Shown one piece after another: positions 1 to 10,074 of a stretch of 64,000 bases of DNA. A program made the position numbers and the translations under genes. Below the pieces are notes generated by a model that ran no database searches, had not been told where the DNA came from, and saw nothing but the letters and a program-made list of their open reading frames with translations. Numbering within the stretch: position 1 is the first letter of the stretch; each line of letters opens with the position of its first letter. Source of the stretch: an archaeon (GTDB taxonomy: Archaea; Iainarchaeota; Iainarchaeia; Iainarchaeales; 1-14-0-10-31-34); assembly GCA_043819075.1 (NCBI GenBank), contig JBDRFE010000002.1, positions 114 through 64,113 of the forward strand, given 5' to 3'.

Positions 1-870
1 GTTTTTGACGTCATCAATTAAAGACTGAGAGCACTTTACTTCAACTAAAATTTTAGAGCCGGGATTTTTTAAAAGAAGTTCTCTTGAAAACAAAATCAAT
101 AACTGGTCGCCCCACAAAATTTCTCCTTTATCATTTACCACTCCAATCCTGTCTGCATCCCCGTCCAACGCAATCCCGATGTCTGCATTCAGTTTTTTTA
201 CTTTTGCAATTAAATCCTTTAAAGTGTCAGGCAAAGTAGGGTCCGGGTGATGGTTGGGAAAAGTGCCGTCAGAAACACAATACAATTCAGTTAAATCAAC
301 GCCTAATTCCTTAAAAATTTTTGGCGCAATAACTGAGCCAACCCCGTTGCCGCAATCCAGTACAACTTTTAGTTTTTTCTTTAAAACAACTTTTTTGCTG
401 ATTGTCTTGGCATAATCTTTGAGAATATCTTTTTTTGCAATCCTGCCTTTTCCTTTGGCAAAAACATTTTTTTCCATTAACTTGTAAATTTCCTGTATTT
501 CTTCTCCAAAAATTGCATGGCTTCCTTTTGAAATCTTAAAGCCATTAAATTCAGGCGGATTATGGGAGCCGGTAATCATTACCCCGCCATGCTGGTTTAA
601 GTGAATAACAGAAAAATAATAAGCCGGAGTAGGCACAAAACCTAAATCAGTTACTTCTAATCCAGTTGAAGCCATTCCGCGAATTAATCTTTTAGCATAA
701 GAAGGCGAAGAAGGCCTGTTGTCATAGCCTATAACAGCAAATTTTCCGCCTGATTTAATTAAGTAAGTGCCGACAGCTTTTCCAAGCAATTCGGCAAAAT
801 CGCCTGACAAGTCTTTATTGACTAATCCTCTGATGTCATACTGCCTGAAAACAAGGGGGTTTAATTGCAT
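1..870 (-). CDS. phosphoglucomutase/phosphomannomutase (alpha-D-phosphohexomutase family), N-terminal part; gene runs off the left edge
   Basis: Minus-strand translation from the ATG at 870 gives MQLNPLVFRQYDIRG...GVMITGSHNPPEFNGFK. This matches the YDIRG N-terminal motif and the T(A/G)SHNP phosphoserine loop of PGM/PMM. The six-frame track lists no ORF here because the reading frame continues past position 1. Confidence 0.85.
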   Translation of the reverse strand, partial: MQLNPLVFRQYDIRGLVNKDLSGDFAELLGKAVGTYLIKSGGKFAVIGYDNRPSSPSYAKRLIRGMASTGLEVTDLGFVPTPAYYFSVIHLNQHGGVMITGSHNPPEFNGFKISKGSHAIFGEEIQEIYKLMEKNVFAKGKGRIAKKDILKDYAKTISKKVVLKKKLKVVLDCGNGVGSVIAPKIFKELGVDLTELYCVSDGTFPNHHPDPTLPDTLKDLIAKVKKLNADIGIALDGDADRIGVVNDKGEILWGDQLLILFSRELLLKNPGSKILVEVKCSQSLIDDVKN

Positions 871-1902
871 AAAAAACAATACAAATATAAAAAACAAAGT
901 ATTAAAGAAATTATGGAAGAACTAAACGAATTAAGAAAAGACTATTTATTGGATGAATGGGTTGTAATCTCAAAAAACAGATCAACAAGGCCCTTTGATC
1001 ACAAAAAAGGTGAAACACAAAATACAGCAGAAAAAATTGAAATAGACTTAAACTGCCCTTTTTGTTTAGGCAACGAAAAACAGACTCCGCCGGAAATTTT
1101 CAGGACAGGAACAAAAATTAAATGGAATCTCAGAGGATTTGCAAACAAGTTTTCTGCAATGGAACTGGAAAAAGAGTTTTCAGTGCAAAAAAAAGGCTTG
1201 CTTGAATTCGGAAACGCATTCGGCTATCACGAAGTCATAGTTGAAACAAACAATCATTCAAAAGAATTAGGGGAATTAACCAAAGAAGAAATGGCTGGCT
1301 TATTTAATGCATACAAAGAAAGAGAAATTGAATTAAAAAAAAGAAATGGAGTGAAACACGTTTTAATCATAAAAAACTTTGGCAAAGAATGCGGTGCGTC
1401 CCTTGCACACAATCACTCGCAGTTAATCACTTTTCCTTTTGTTCCAGGCAGAATAAAAAAAGAAATTCAGAAATCAGAAGAATTTTTTGAAAAACACAAA
1501 AAAAATGTTTTCCTTGAAATAGCAGAAAAAGAAATTAAGTCAGAAAGAGGGTTGTTTGAAAATGACTCTTTTGTTGCTTTCTGTGCTTTTGCCCCAAAAT
1601 GGACTTACGAAGTATGGATTGTGCCGAAAAAACAATTTTCTAATTTAGGGGAAATACAAGAAAAAGAGCTGAAAGACTTGGGAGAAATAACACAAAAAGT
1701 TTTAAGCAAAATAAGAAACAATTTAGGCAATCCTCCATTCAATTTGTTTGTGCATGAATCAATGGAAAAAAACCCTGCTTACTGCTTTCATCTTGAAATC
1801 CAGCCAAACGTCAAAAAAATTTACGGCGGAATAGAAAAGGCTTCAGAGATAATCTTAATTGAAGTGCCGCCTGAACAGGCAGCGGAAGAAATAAGAAAAT
1901 AA
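865..1902 (+). CDS. galactose-1-phosphate uridylyltransferase-like nucleotidyltransferase (HIT superfamily, GalT family); possibly a hexose-1-P nucleotidyltransferase/NDP-sugar phosphorylase
   Basis: CPFC zinc motif near the N-terminus and an HNHSQ histidine-triad-like motif (H-x-H-x-Q). The N-terminal region aligns with GalT 'RYNPLTGxWxLVSPHRAKRP' (here LRKDYLLDEWVVISKNRSTRPF). The true start may be the M at 913. Confidence 0.6.
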   Translation: MHKKQYKYKKQSIKEIMEELNELRKDYLLDEWVVISKNRSTRPFDHKKGETQNTAEKIEIDLNCPFCLGNEKQTPPEIFRTGTKIKWNLRGFANKFSAMELEKEFSVQKKGLLEFGNAFGYHEVIVETNNHSKELGELTKEEMAGLFNAYKEREIELKKRNGVKHVLIIKNFGKECGASLAHNHSQLITFPFVPGRIKKEIQKSEEFFEKHKKNVFLEIAEKEIKSERGLFENDSFVAFCAFAPKWTYEVWIVPKKQFSNLGEIQEKELKDLGEITQKVLSKIRNNLGNPPFNLFVHESMEKNPAYCFHLEIQPNVKKIYGGIEKASEIILIEVPPEQAAEEIRK

Positions 1903-1952
1903 AAGAAAAATCTTAATCCAATAAATTTAATAAAAGAAAACCCTGATTATTA

Positions 1953-3761
1953 ATGGAAAAAACAGTTTTGGATGAAAAAATGGATTACGTTGTATTAGAA
2001 GTAAGCTATGAAGTCGGCAACAAGTTTGGAGGCATTCATACAGTCTTGACAAGCAAGAGCGCAAGAATGATGGAAAGGCTTTCAGAGTTTTATGAAATCG
2101 GGCCGTATTACGAAAAAAAAGCCCAGGCAGAATTCGAGGAAAAGCCTATTCCGGAAAAATTCCACAAAATTTTTGTTGAAATGGAAAAAGATTTTGGATT
2201 AAAATGCTATTACGGCAACTGGGTTATAGCAGAAAAAAGCCCTGAATGCATTTTAATTGACCACTCAAACCTGAAAAGAAAAGTGAATGAAATCAAAAAA
2301 GATTTATGGGATTACTATAAAATTGATTCTCTTGTAGCAGACGACTGGTTTAATGAGCCGGTTGCATGGGCGCAAAGCGTCGGCCTGTTAATAGAAAAAA
2401 TGGAAAAAAACAAGGTCTTTGGAAACAAAAAAATTGTTGCACACTTTCATGAATACTTAAGCGGTGCAGGATTACTGCATTTAAAAAAAATCAAAAGCAA
2501 GGCAAAAACAGTTTTTACAACCCATGCGACAATTTTGGGCAGAACAATAGCTGAGTCAAAAAACGAAGACCTTTATGAGTTAATTGAAGAAGGGTTCAGG
2601 CAGAAAAAATCTGCAGAAAATGAACTAGCCTACAAATACGGAGTGCAGGCAAAACATTTGCTGGAAAAAGCCAGTGCACTGAACGCAGATGTTTTTACAA
2701 GCGTAAGCAAGGCAGTGGCAAAAGAAGCTGAATTTATTTTAGGAAAAAAATGCGATTTAATTCTTCCAAACGGATTAGACATGGACAAGTTTCCGATAAT
2801 GGAGGATTTAAGCATTTTACACAAACAATACAGGAACAGAATAAGGCATTTTGTTGAAGCATACTTTTACCCATACTATTATTTTGACATAAAAAAAACA
2901 ATTTTTTATTTTATTGCAGGAAGATACGAGTTCCACAACAAAGGAATAGACTTGTTTATTGATGCTTTAGGCGAATTAAACAAGCAGTTAAAAAAAGAGA
3001 AAACAGACAAAATACTTGTTGCATTCATCTGGATTGCAGAAGAAACAACTGCAAGAAACCTTGCAGTAATGGAAAACCTTGTAATCCACCAGACAATAGA
3101 AGACATGCTTGAAAGAGAACTGCCTGTTCTTCAGAAAAAATTGTTCAGGAACCTAATGGAAGGAAAAAAAATGGAGGAAAACCTTTTTGACAAAGAATTC
3201 CTTTTAAACACGAAAAAAATGACAATGAAGCTGAAAAGCAAAAAAGAAACCCTGCCTCCTTTAAGCGCATTTGATACAAGAGAAAACGAAATCGTAAAAG
3301 CAATAAAACAAAACAATCTTTTAAACAGAGAAGAAGACAAAGTAAAAGTAATTTATTATCCAACTTATTTAAGCACTGCAGACGGGTTAATCGGATTAAA
3401 CTATTACGAGGCAATTATTGGCTCGCATTATGGGGTGTTTCCGTCTTATTACGAGCCATGGGGTTATACGCCGTTAGAGACAGCTGCATTAGGCGTTCCA
3501 GCAGTTACAACAGACTTAGGAGGCTATGGCCAGTTTATTTTAGAAAACCTTGGGGAAAAATCAAAGGGAAGCATTGAAGTATTAAAAAGAAAAGGAAAAA
3601 CCTATAAAGAAGAAATAGAGGGAATGAAACAGGCAATGCATGACATGTATTCAACAGGCAAGCCAGAGAGAATGGAAAGAAAATTAAAGGCAAAAGAATA
3701 CTCTAATTTAGCTGACTGGAGCAATCTCATAGAAAACTATATTCAGGCATACGAAAAATAA
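1953..3761 (+). CDS. glycogen synthase, GT3 family (eukaryote-like)
   Basis: N-terminus LEVSYEVGNKFGGIHTVL matches the GT3 signature FEVAWEVANKVGGIYTV. The internal GRYEFHNKGIDLFIDALGELN matches GRYEFSNKGADxFLEAL. Length of about 600 aa is typical of GT3. Confidence 0.85.
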   Translation: MEKTVLDEKMDYVVLEVSYEVGNKFGGIHTVLTSKSARMMERLSEFYEIGPYYEKKAQAEFEEKPIPEKFHKIFVEMEKDFGLKCYYGNWVIAEKSPECILIDHSNLKRKVNEIKKDLWDYYKIDSLVADDWFNEPVAWAQSVGLLIEKMEKNKVFGNKKIVAHFHEYLSGAGLLHLKKIKSKAKTVFTTHATILGRTIAESKNEDLYELIEEGFRQKKSAENELAYKYGVQAKHLLEKASALNADVFTSVSKAVAKEAEFILGKKCDLILPNGLDMDKFPIMEDLSILHKQYRNRIRHFVEAYFYPYYYFDIKKTIFYFIAGRYEFHNKGIDLFIDALGELNKQLKKEKTDKILVAFIWIAEETTARNLAVMENLVIHQTIEDMLERELPVLQKKLFRNLMEGKKMEENLFDKEFLLNTKKMTMKLKSKKETLPPLSAFDTRENEIVKAIKQNNLLNREEDKVKVIYYPTYLSTADGLIGLNYYEAIIGSHYGVFPSYYEPWGYTPLETAALGVPAVTTDLGGYGQFILENLGEKSKGSIEVLKRKGKTYKEEIEGMKQAMHDMYSTGKPERMERKLKAKEYSNLADWSNLIENYIQAYEK

Positions 3762-3905
3762 AAAAAGAAAAAAACAGGCAAAAAAACAAAACGAAAACTA
3801 ATTAAATAAATCAATAAATCACAAAAAAAACCGGATTATAAAACAAGCAATTAAATTAAATAAATCTCAGGCAAAAAAATAAAAGCAAAAAAAAAGAAAA
3901 AAATT

Positions 3906-4100
3906 TTATTCAGTTAAATAAAACTTGTTCTGAGACATGCCTATTTTTCCTTCTCTTGCAAGCCAGCCTAAAGCAGCAAACACGTGCTCTGATTTCAGCT
4001 TGGTTACTTTCTTTATCTGAAAAACATTCATTGGCTTTCCGCCGTTTAGAACACCCCAGACAGTGCCTGCCTTGCTTCCAAAATACTCATTTGAATCCAT
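3906..4100 (-). CDS. small winged-helix-like hypothetical protein
   Basis: 64-aa ORF in an intergenic gap. The pattern WGVLNGGKPMNVFQIKKVTKL...HVFAALGWLAREGKI resembles small wHTH proteins. Confidence 0.35.
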   Translation of the reverse strand: MDSNEYFGSKAGTVWGVLNGGKPMNVFQIKKVTKLKSEHVFAALGWLAREGKIGMSQNKFYLTE

Positions 4101-4187
4101 TAAACTACCCCCAAAAAAATAATGTTTTTTGCAACTTGCCTTTTTTTAAAAGACAGCAGTAATATAGCGAAAAATGAATTATTAAAC

Positions 4188-5363
4188 CTAACTGTCTTTC
4201 AATCTGGACTTTAAATCGCTTAAAACATTAGCGTAATTAAGAAAGGATTCATAAGGCGAGTCATATGGATTAAAGTATTTATGAACATCTCCATCAGCAA
4301 ACCATTTAGTGCACATGTAATAAAAATGGTCTGAAATCTGCATTTTCCTCCAATCCTGAATCAGTTTAGGGTTTCTGGAAGAAATAACTTTTTCCTCCAA
4401 AGACTTGATTTCACTGAAAGCCTGTTTCTGCATTTCATTTTCAAGCCAAGCAGATAAATCCCTGTCAACATCAGCCCAAGAACTAATATAAGGCACATCA
4501 AATTCCCCTACAACAGGAAAATCCCTTATTATTTCAGATGCAGTGGCAAAACTTAAATTATCGTATTTAAGGGCTTCATTCGGCAAATGCTCCAGAAAAC
4601 TGAATATTCCGGTTGATTCCCACTGGTGTTCGCCAAAAGTTTCGTAATCCATGAACAAATTAACGCAATGTCCTTTGTTAGATGAAAGCCAAGAAGCATA
4701 TTTGTCTGCAGTCAAAGGCCATTCACCCCATTCTCTTGAAGAAAAACGAAAAGCGATGTCATCAGCCAGCTTGAAATTCCTTAACAAAACTTTCATTCTA
4801 GAGCCTTTTGCCTTGTAAACAAAATTAGGTGAACGCCAGCCAAGAACATTAGATAAGCCTTCAGCAACAATTCCATTAAAACGCATTTCAGATACAGCTG
4901 AAGCAATATCATTAGAGTACATGGCTTCAGTGTTCCTGAAAATTTTTGGCTTGACTCCAAAAACTTTCCTGAATTTTTTTGAATGCATTCTTACCTGCTT
5001 AACAAACTCTTTTTTTGAAATCAAGTAAGCTAGAGAATGGTAATAAGTTTCATCAAACAATTCAACATTACCTGAATCAACTAATTTTTGGAATGATTCA
5101 ACAACCTCGGGAAATTCTTTTTCTAATTGATCCAAAAAAACTCCAGTAATACTGAAACAAAACTTGAATTTGTCTCCGTGCTTTTTGATTAAATCAAGCA
5201 ATAAATTGTTTGTAGGAATATAACATTTCCTTGACACTCTTTCAAGATAAAATTTGTTTGCAGAATCATCAAAATAATTATTGCTTTTCCCGATGTCAAA
5301 CAAAGAATAATGCCTTAACCTTAAAGGCTGGTGAACATGAAAATAAAGGCAGACTGCAGGCAC
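4188..5363 (-). CDS. glycoside hydrolase family 57 protein (alpha-amylase, 4-alpha-glucanotransferase or branching-enzyme type)
   Basis: N-terminal LYFHVHQPLR matches the GH57 HQP region. MDYETFGEHQWE is an acidic catalytic-region-like motif. About 390 aa, sitting in a glycogen gene cluster. Confidence 0.65.
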   Translation of the reverse strand: MPAVCLYFHVHQPLRLRHYSLFDIGKSNNYFDDSANKFYLERVSRKCYIPTNNLLLDLIKKHGDKFKFCFSITGVFLDQLEKEFPEVVESFQKLVDSGNVELFDETYYHSLAYLISKKEFVKQVRMHSKKFRKVFGVKPKIFRNTEAMYSNDIASAVSEMRFNGIVAEGLSNVLGWRSPNFVYKAKGSRMKVLLRNFKLADDIAFRFSSREWGEWPLTADKYASWLSSNKGHCVNLFMDYETFGEHQWESTGIFSFLEHLPNEALKYDNLSFATASEIIRDFPVVGEFDVPYISSWADVDRDLSAWLENEMQKQAFSEIKSLEEKVISSRNPKLIQDWRKMQISDHFYYMCTKWFADGDVHKYFNPYDSPYESFLNYANVLSDLKSRLKDS

Positions 5364-5608
5364 TACTTCTTCCTCGCGAATTTATTGTATGCAGAAATAA
5401 TCTTGCTTGCAAGGTAATTACTAACACAAACAATCAAATAACAAAAACTAAAAGTAATTGCAAAAAATATCAAAAAAAAGGGGTTGAACCACCACTTCGT
5501 GCCTCCTGGCATTATTTGGAGCCAAATCGTTATGTCAAGAAAAATGGCCAGAACAACAAACAAAATTATTTTTTCTTTTGTTGGCTTTAAAAATTCCTTC
5601 CAAGTCAT
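5363..5608 (-). CDS. small membrane protein (hypothetical)
   Basis: 81 aa with two hydrophobic segments, positioned between the GH57 gene and the synthase gene on the same strand. Confidence 0.35.
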   Translation of the reverse strand: MTWKEFLKPTKEKIILFVVLAIFLDITIWLQIMPGGTKWWFNPFFLIFFAITFSFCYLIVCVSNYLASKIISAYNKFARKK

Positions 5609-5609
5609 T

Positions 5610-6836
5610 TCAGATTACTCCTTTGTAAACTTCAATGCAGTTTTCTGCAACAGAATCCCAGCTGAACCCCTGCAGTTCATGGAAAGCGTTTTTCTTTAAT
5701 TCATTTGAAAGGCAGTCATTGTTGAGTATTCCGACAATTTTGTTTGCTGTTTCAAAAGTATCCCAGAAATCAACTTTAAAGCAATGGCTGATTACTTCTC
5801 CTACACCGGATTGCTTTGAAATAATTACAGGAGTATTAGAAGCCATTGCCTCTAAGGCGGTTAAGCCAAAAGGCTCTGAAACAGAAGGCATTACAAACAA
5901 GTCTGCAACAGAATAAAATTTTTTTACGTCATCTTGAAAGCCTGAAAAAACAACTTTATCTGAAATGCCCATTGCAATAGCCTTGTTAATTAAAGAAGGC
6001 AGCATGTCTCCGTCGCCTACAACAACAAATTTTGTGTCAGGCCTGAATTTTAATACCTGAAAAGCTGTTTCAAGAAACCAGTCAGGCCCTTTCTGAATTG
6101 TAAGCCTGCCCAAAAACAACACGATTTTTTCTTTTAAGCCAAGAGAATTAGAGGCAGTAATGTACTCTGACTTGTCAATGCCATTGTATACAACAACAAT
6201 TTTTTCTGCTGGAACCCCGTATCTGTCAATTAACTGTTTTTTCATGTAATTGCTTATAGTGATTACTTTGTCAGCAGAAAAAAGGCCTTTAGCCTCTATC
6301 TCACAGATTTTCTGGTTTGGAAATAAGTTTCCTGTCCTATCAAACTCAGTTGAATGAATTGTAACAACCAAAGGCTTGTTTTTCTGTTCTTTTAAGGCAA
6401 TCCCGGCAGGAAAAGTCATCCAGTCATGGCAGTGAATTACATCACAACTCCTTGACTTAAGCTTGTTCACCACAGAAAAAGTATAGCTTTTTACCTTGGA
6501 AAAAAAATCAAATCCATAAGCATTAATGCTTTTATTGCTTGAATTCTTGGAGTCATGCATTCTTTCCTCAAAACCAAAATAAATGTTTTCAGAAGCCACA
6601 TAAGGGTGAAAATCAAATCCTTCAATCTGGATTAAATCCAAGTGAGAGTAATCGTCTGCCTGAATGACTTCAATAAAACCTGGATTGATTTTAATTCCAG
6701 TTGAAGGCATAACAAAAGTTACTTTAGCGCCTTTGGCAGACAAAGCTTTTGTAAAGCCATGCAAATAGGTGCCCAAACCCCCGGATTTAAAGGGAGGAAA
6801 CTCCCAACCAAGCATTAGCACCTTCACATAACTCAC
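5610..6836 (-). CDS. glycogen/alpha-glucan synthase, GlgA-like GT-B glycosyltransferase (GT5/GT4)
   Basis: N-terminus KVLMLGWEFPPFKSGGLGTY resembles the KVGGLAEA-type N-terminus of archaeal glycogen synthases. The C-terminal EPFGLTALEAMASNTPVI matches the E-x7-E GT-B motif. Confidence 0.6.
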   Translation of the reverse strand: MSYVKVLMLGWEFPPFKSGGLGTYLHGFTKALSAKGAKVTFVMPSTGIKINPGFIEVIQADDYSHLDLIQIEGFDFHPYVASENIYFGFEERMHDSKNSSNKSINAYGFDFFSKVKSYTFSVVNKLKSRSCDVIHCHDWMTFPAGIALKEQKNKPLVVTIHSTEFDRTGNLFPNQKICEIEAKGLFSADKVITISNYMKKQLIDRYGVPAEKIVVVYNGIDKSEYITASNSLGLKEKIVLFLGRLTIQKGPDWFLETAFQVLKFRPDTKFVVVGDGDMLPSLINKAIAMGISDKVVFSGFQDDVKKFYSVADLFVMPSVSEPFGLTALEAMASNTPVIISKQSGVGEVISHCFKVDFWDTFETANKIVGILNNDCLSNELKKNAFHELQGFSWDSVAENCIEVYKGVI

Positions 6837-7057
6837 CGCAAGTGTATGATTTTCTCATAATTGTGCAGCCGTGTGGACAAAAAAAAAGGGTTATGGGACT
6901 GCAAATAATATACTACACAAGTTAAATAAAAGGGTTTCTATTAAGGAAAAAGAACCAGAAACAAGGCACCGGAACCTGAAAACCAAACCGCCAAGGCAGG
7001 CAAATTTTTCCGGCTTTTGCACAAAAAGAATAAATAAACTTAAAGCATAATCTTTTA

Positions 7058-8014
7058 GTGAAACAAAAAATAACCTGTGTGGGTTCTGCAACAGAAGACA
7101 TTTTTGTCAAAACAGATGAATTTCATTTCAGGAAAAGCAAATCAAAGAAAGGCATTGACTTGTGCCTGAAACTTGGCAAAAAATTTGACATAGAAGAAAT
7201 CTATTTTGATTTTGGAGGCGGGGCGTTAAACACTTCAATTGGCTTCAAAAAAATGGGTTTTGACACAAACGTATTAATTTCTTTAGGCAATGACTCTACT
7301 GCAAAAAAAATTTCAAACATTCTTAAAATGGAAAAAATCGGGTTAATCCCTGTTCCCTCAGAAAAAGAAACGGGCTTTTCGATTATTTTCAGGAAACCAA
7401 AAGGAGACAGGACAATAATGACTTACAGAGGAGCCAATAATGACTGGAATGAAAAAGAAATTCCTTGGAACAGCCTGAAAAAAATGGACTGGTTTTATAT
7501 CAGTTCTTTTGGCTCAAGCATTAAACTGCTTGAAAAAATTGCTTTGTTCTGCAAAAAAAACAAAATAAAAATTGCATTCAATCCAGGGGCATTCCAGAGA
7601 AAACTTGGCCTGGAAAAGCTTAGCAGGGTTGTAAAAGAATGCAGTGCAATAATCTTGAACAAAGAAGAAATAACTGAATGGACTAAAAAAAGGAATGAAC
7701 TGGATGCAATGCGGGAATTAAATGACTTAGGGGCAAAAATTGTTGTTGCAACAAACGGAAGAAAAGGCTGTATTGCATTCAATGGAAAAAAAATTTTCAG
7801 GCAAAAAGCATTTGATGTTAAAAGAGCTGATGTAACCGGCGCAGGAGATGCTTTCTCTGCAGGGTTTATTTCAGGAATAGCAAACAAAAAAAGCATCCAA
7901 GCTGCATTAAAAATCGGGACAGCAAACGCTTGTTCTGTAATAACTAAAGTGGGAGCACACAATGGGGTGCTTTCATTTGAGAAAGCAGAAAAATTTGCAG
8001 AAAGATTTGAATAA
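7058..8014 (+). CDS. carbohydrate kinase, PfkB/ribokinase family
   Basis: DVTGAGDAFSAGFISG (the PfkB GAGD motif), about 318 aa. The ORF begins at a GTG. Confidence 0.75.
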   Translation: MKQKITCVGSATEDIFVKTDEFHFRKSKSKKGIDLCLKLGKKFDIEEIYFDFGGGALNTSIGFKKMGFDTNVLISLGNDSTAKKISNILKMEKIGLIPVPSEKETGFSIIFRKPKGDRTIMTYRGANNDWNEKEIPWNSLKKMDWFYISSFGSSIKLLEKIALFCKKNKIKIAFNPGAFQRKLGLEKLSRVVKECSAIILNKEEITEWTKKRNELDAMRELNDLGAKIVVATNGRKGCIAFNGKKIFRQKAFDVKRADVTGAGDAFSAGFISGIANKKSIQAALKIGTANACSVITKVGAHNGVLSFEKAEKFAERFE

Positions 8015-8017
8015 AAA

Positions 8018-8320
8018 TTATTTTGGCTTTAATCCGTATCTTTTCGCTGTTTCCGTTATTCTTTCAGCTCTTTTCCTTGTTTCTTCTGCCCTTGAACGAA
8101 TAATCATTCTGCTGAAATTTCTTTCACGCATTCTTTCAAGCCTTTCAAACCCTTTAGGGCCTAAATGCTCTGGCATTAAAAGCCATTTCCTTTCAACTGC
8201 CTGCCATGAAAGGCTTTTGTTTTCAGGAAGCCACCTGAATGCACTAAATTTTGTTTTATAATCCTGCGCTGAAAGAAAAGATTCTTTTCCTTTTTCTTTT
8301 CCAAACGGGGCAAAAACCAT
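8018..8320 (-). CDS. hypothetical basic protein
   Basis: 100-aa ORF rich in R/K/E with no recognisable motif. May be spurious. Confidence 0.25.
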   Translation of the reverse strand: MVFAPFGKEKGKESFLSAQDYKTKFSAFRWLPENKSLSWQAVERKWLLMPEHLGPKGFERLERMRERNFSRMIIRSRAEETRKRAERITETAKRYGLKPK

Positions 8321-8433
8321 TTTACATCAGAAATAAAATTCTCTTTAAAACTTAATAATACTGTGTGTTGAATCAGTTAAATAAGAAAAATTTAAATACT
8401 GGAAGGGCAATAGTATTAGTGTTTGGTGATTGA

Positions 8434-8832
8434 ATGAATTTTGTTGAAATGTTTTTGCAGAAACTGAAAAAAGAAACAAGATTTCTTTTCAACGGAATGA
8501 ACAGGTATGAACTGCAGAGAACCCATCCGTCAGAGTGTGCTGCAGTGTTGTTAAGCGAAGTAAAGCATCCAGACCACTATTTTTATTTAAACAACAATCT
8601 TCCGATAAAAAGCCTGTGCGAGTTATCTGAGCATTTAAAGGAAATGGATGAAAGCACTTTCAAAAACCATGTTAACCCGGAAAGAAATGATTTCAGTCAG
8701 TGGGTTTCAAACACTATTGGAGACAAGACTTTAGGGAAAAAAATGGGCGAATTAAGCGAAAAAGATGAAATGAGCAAGGCAGTTGAAATACGAGTTAATT
8801 ACATCAAGAGAAGAGCAGAACAAAAATACTGA
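8434..8832 (+). CDS. hypothetical protein
   Basis: 132-aa ORF, first of three co-directional small genes. No motif recognised. Confidence 0.4.
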   Translation: MNFVEMFLQKLKKETRFLFNGMNRYELQRTHPSECAAVLLSEVKHPDHYFYLNNNLPIKSLCELSEHLKEMDESTFKNHVNPERNDFSQWVSNTIGDKTLGKKMGELSEKDEMSKAVEIRVNYIKRRAEQKY

Positions 8833-8837
8833 TTTAA

Positions 8838-9110
8838 ATGGAATTAACATTAAAAGAAAAAGAAATTTTGGTTAACCTCTTGGATTCAGCAAAAACTTTT
8901 GAAGAACTCCAAAGCAAAACCTTTTTCGGCTTCAACGAAACAAGAGAAACAATAAAAGAACTGATTAAAAAAAACCATATAAAAAAAGAGAAGTCTTTTC
9001 CCACAAAATATTCTTTGAAAAAAGAATTAATCAAAAACGTCAGGGAAATAAAGAGAAAAATTGACTGGACTGAATTAGTGTCAGATGCATGCTTTGTGTG
9101 CAAGTACTGA
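8838..9110 (+). CDS. hypothetical protein (possible small wHTH)
   Basis: 90-aa ORF that begins 6 bp after the previous stop. Confidence 0.4.
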   Translation: MELTLKEKEILVNLLDSAKTFEELQSKTFFGFNETRETIKELIKKNHIKKEKSFPTKYSLKKELIKNVREIKRKIDWTELVSDACFVCKY

Positions 9111-9118
9111 TGGTTTAA

Positions 9119-9337
9119 ATGGATGAATTTGAAAAAAAGCTTGAAGCACTTGACAAACAGATTGTAACAGAATCAAAAAAAGAAAAAAACCTTATTCCGG
9201 TCTGCTCAAAATGCGGTTCAGCAAACATTACTATGCCCCAGAACCCTGCAAAAATTTATTTCAGGGAACTAAAAGATTATTACTGCAGGGACTGCGGTTT
9301 TGAAGGCCCTGCAATACTAAAAAAAATGGAAAAATAA
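9119..9337 (+). CDS. zinc-ribbon protein
   Basis: Cysteine pairs CSKCGS ... CRDCGF spaced like a zinc ribbon. 72 aa. Confidence 0.45.
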   Translation: MDEFEKKLEALDKQIVTESKKEKNLIPVCSKCGSANITMPQNPAKIYFRELKDYYCRDCGFEGPAILKKMEK

Positions 9338-9399
9338 AATAGTTTACTGTAAAAAAATAATTTTCTTTTTTACTGCTCTTTATTGCAGCCTGTGCTAAA

Positions 9400-10014
9400 T
9401 CAGATTAAGTCAACTAAAGGCATGAAAATAAACGCGCCTTTTTTATACCCTAAAAGCACAATGTTTCCTTTGTCTGGTTCAGCTCTCCTTATTCTTCGCC
9501 AAAGCAAATTAAATTTGTCGTCAAGCTGTTGTTCTGTCACCCCGTATTTTTCTTGTATTTTTTCAAAAAACATTTTTCCTCTTTGAGTGCGGTCTTCTGG
9601 ATTGCCTGTTATTTCCTCTATTGAAGGGCAATCGGTTTTAGCCATTGCAATAAGATCTTTTCTTATTGCATAAGCTTTAGGCACAATCAAAACATACCCG
9701 CTTTCTGCCCCATACTTAGAGTTATGTTTTTTCACCATGCCCCTAATAAAAGAAACTGTTCTTCTTGCATTGGAATCTGAATCAGAAACACTTTTTTTAT
9801 GAGTTCTTTTTATCACTAACTCTGTTTTTGGATAATTTTTTGAAACATCCATCTGCCTGACTCTTCTTCCCCAAGTGTTTGTTGATTCAATTGAATTATT
9901 TCTTAAATCACTTCTGTGGTCAATGTTTTTCATTCTGCCTAAATACCTTGAAATAACAGGGGAAGCATTCTTCAATCGTTTAACCAGTTTTTTCGGCAGA
10001 GTTTTTACAGGCAT
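9400..10014 (-). CDS. hypothetical protein
   Basis: 204-aa basic ORF with no recognisable motif. Confidence 0.4.
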   Translation of the reverse strand: MPVKTLPKKLVKRLKNASPVISRYLGRMKNIDHRSDLRNNSIESTNTWGRRVRQMDVSKNYPKTELVIKRTHKKSVSDSDSNARRTVSFIRGMVKKHNSKYGAESGYVLIVPKAYAIRKDLIAMAKTDCPSIEEITGNPEDRTQRGKMFFEKIQEKYGVTEQQLDDKFNLLWRRIRRAEPDKGNIVLLGYKKGAFIFMPLVDLI

Positions 10015-10074
10015 GATAAAATTAGTGGTTCAAACTTATTTTAATTTTGCGTTTTTCGGCTGTTGTAATCTTGT

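Noticed and set aside
2630-3414. Minus-strand ORFs inside the GT3 glycogen synthase gene (2630-2824, 2906-3106, 3131-3340, 3145-3414)
   Set aside because: These are antisense shadow ORFs in an A-rich coding strand (the reverse strand gives F/L-rich junk).
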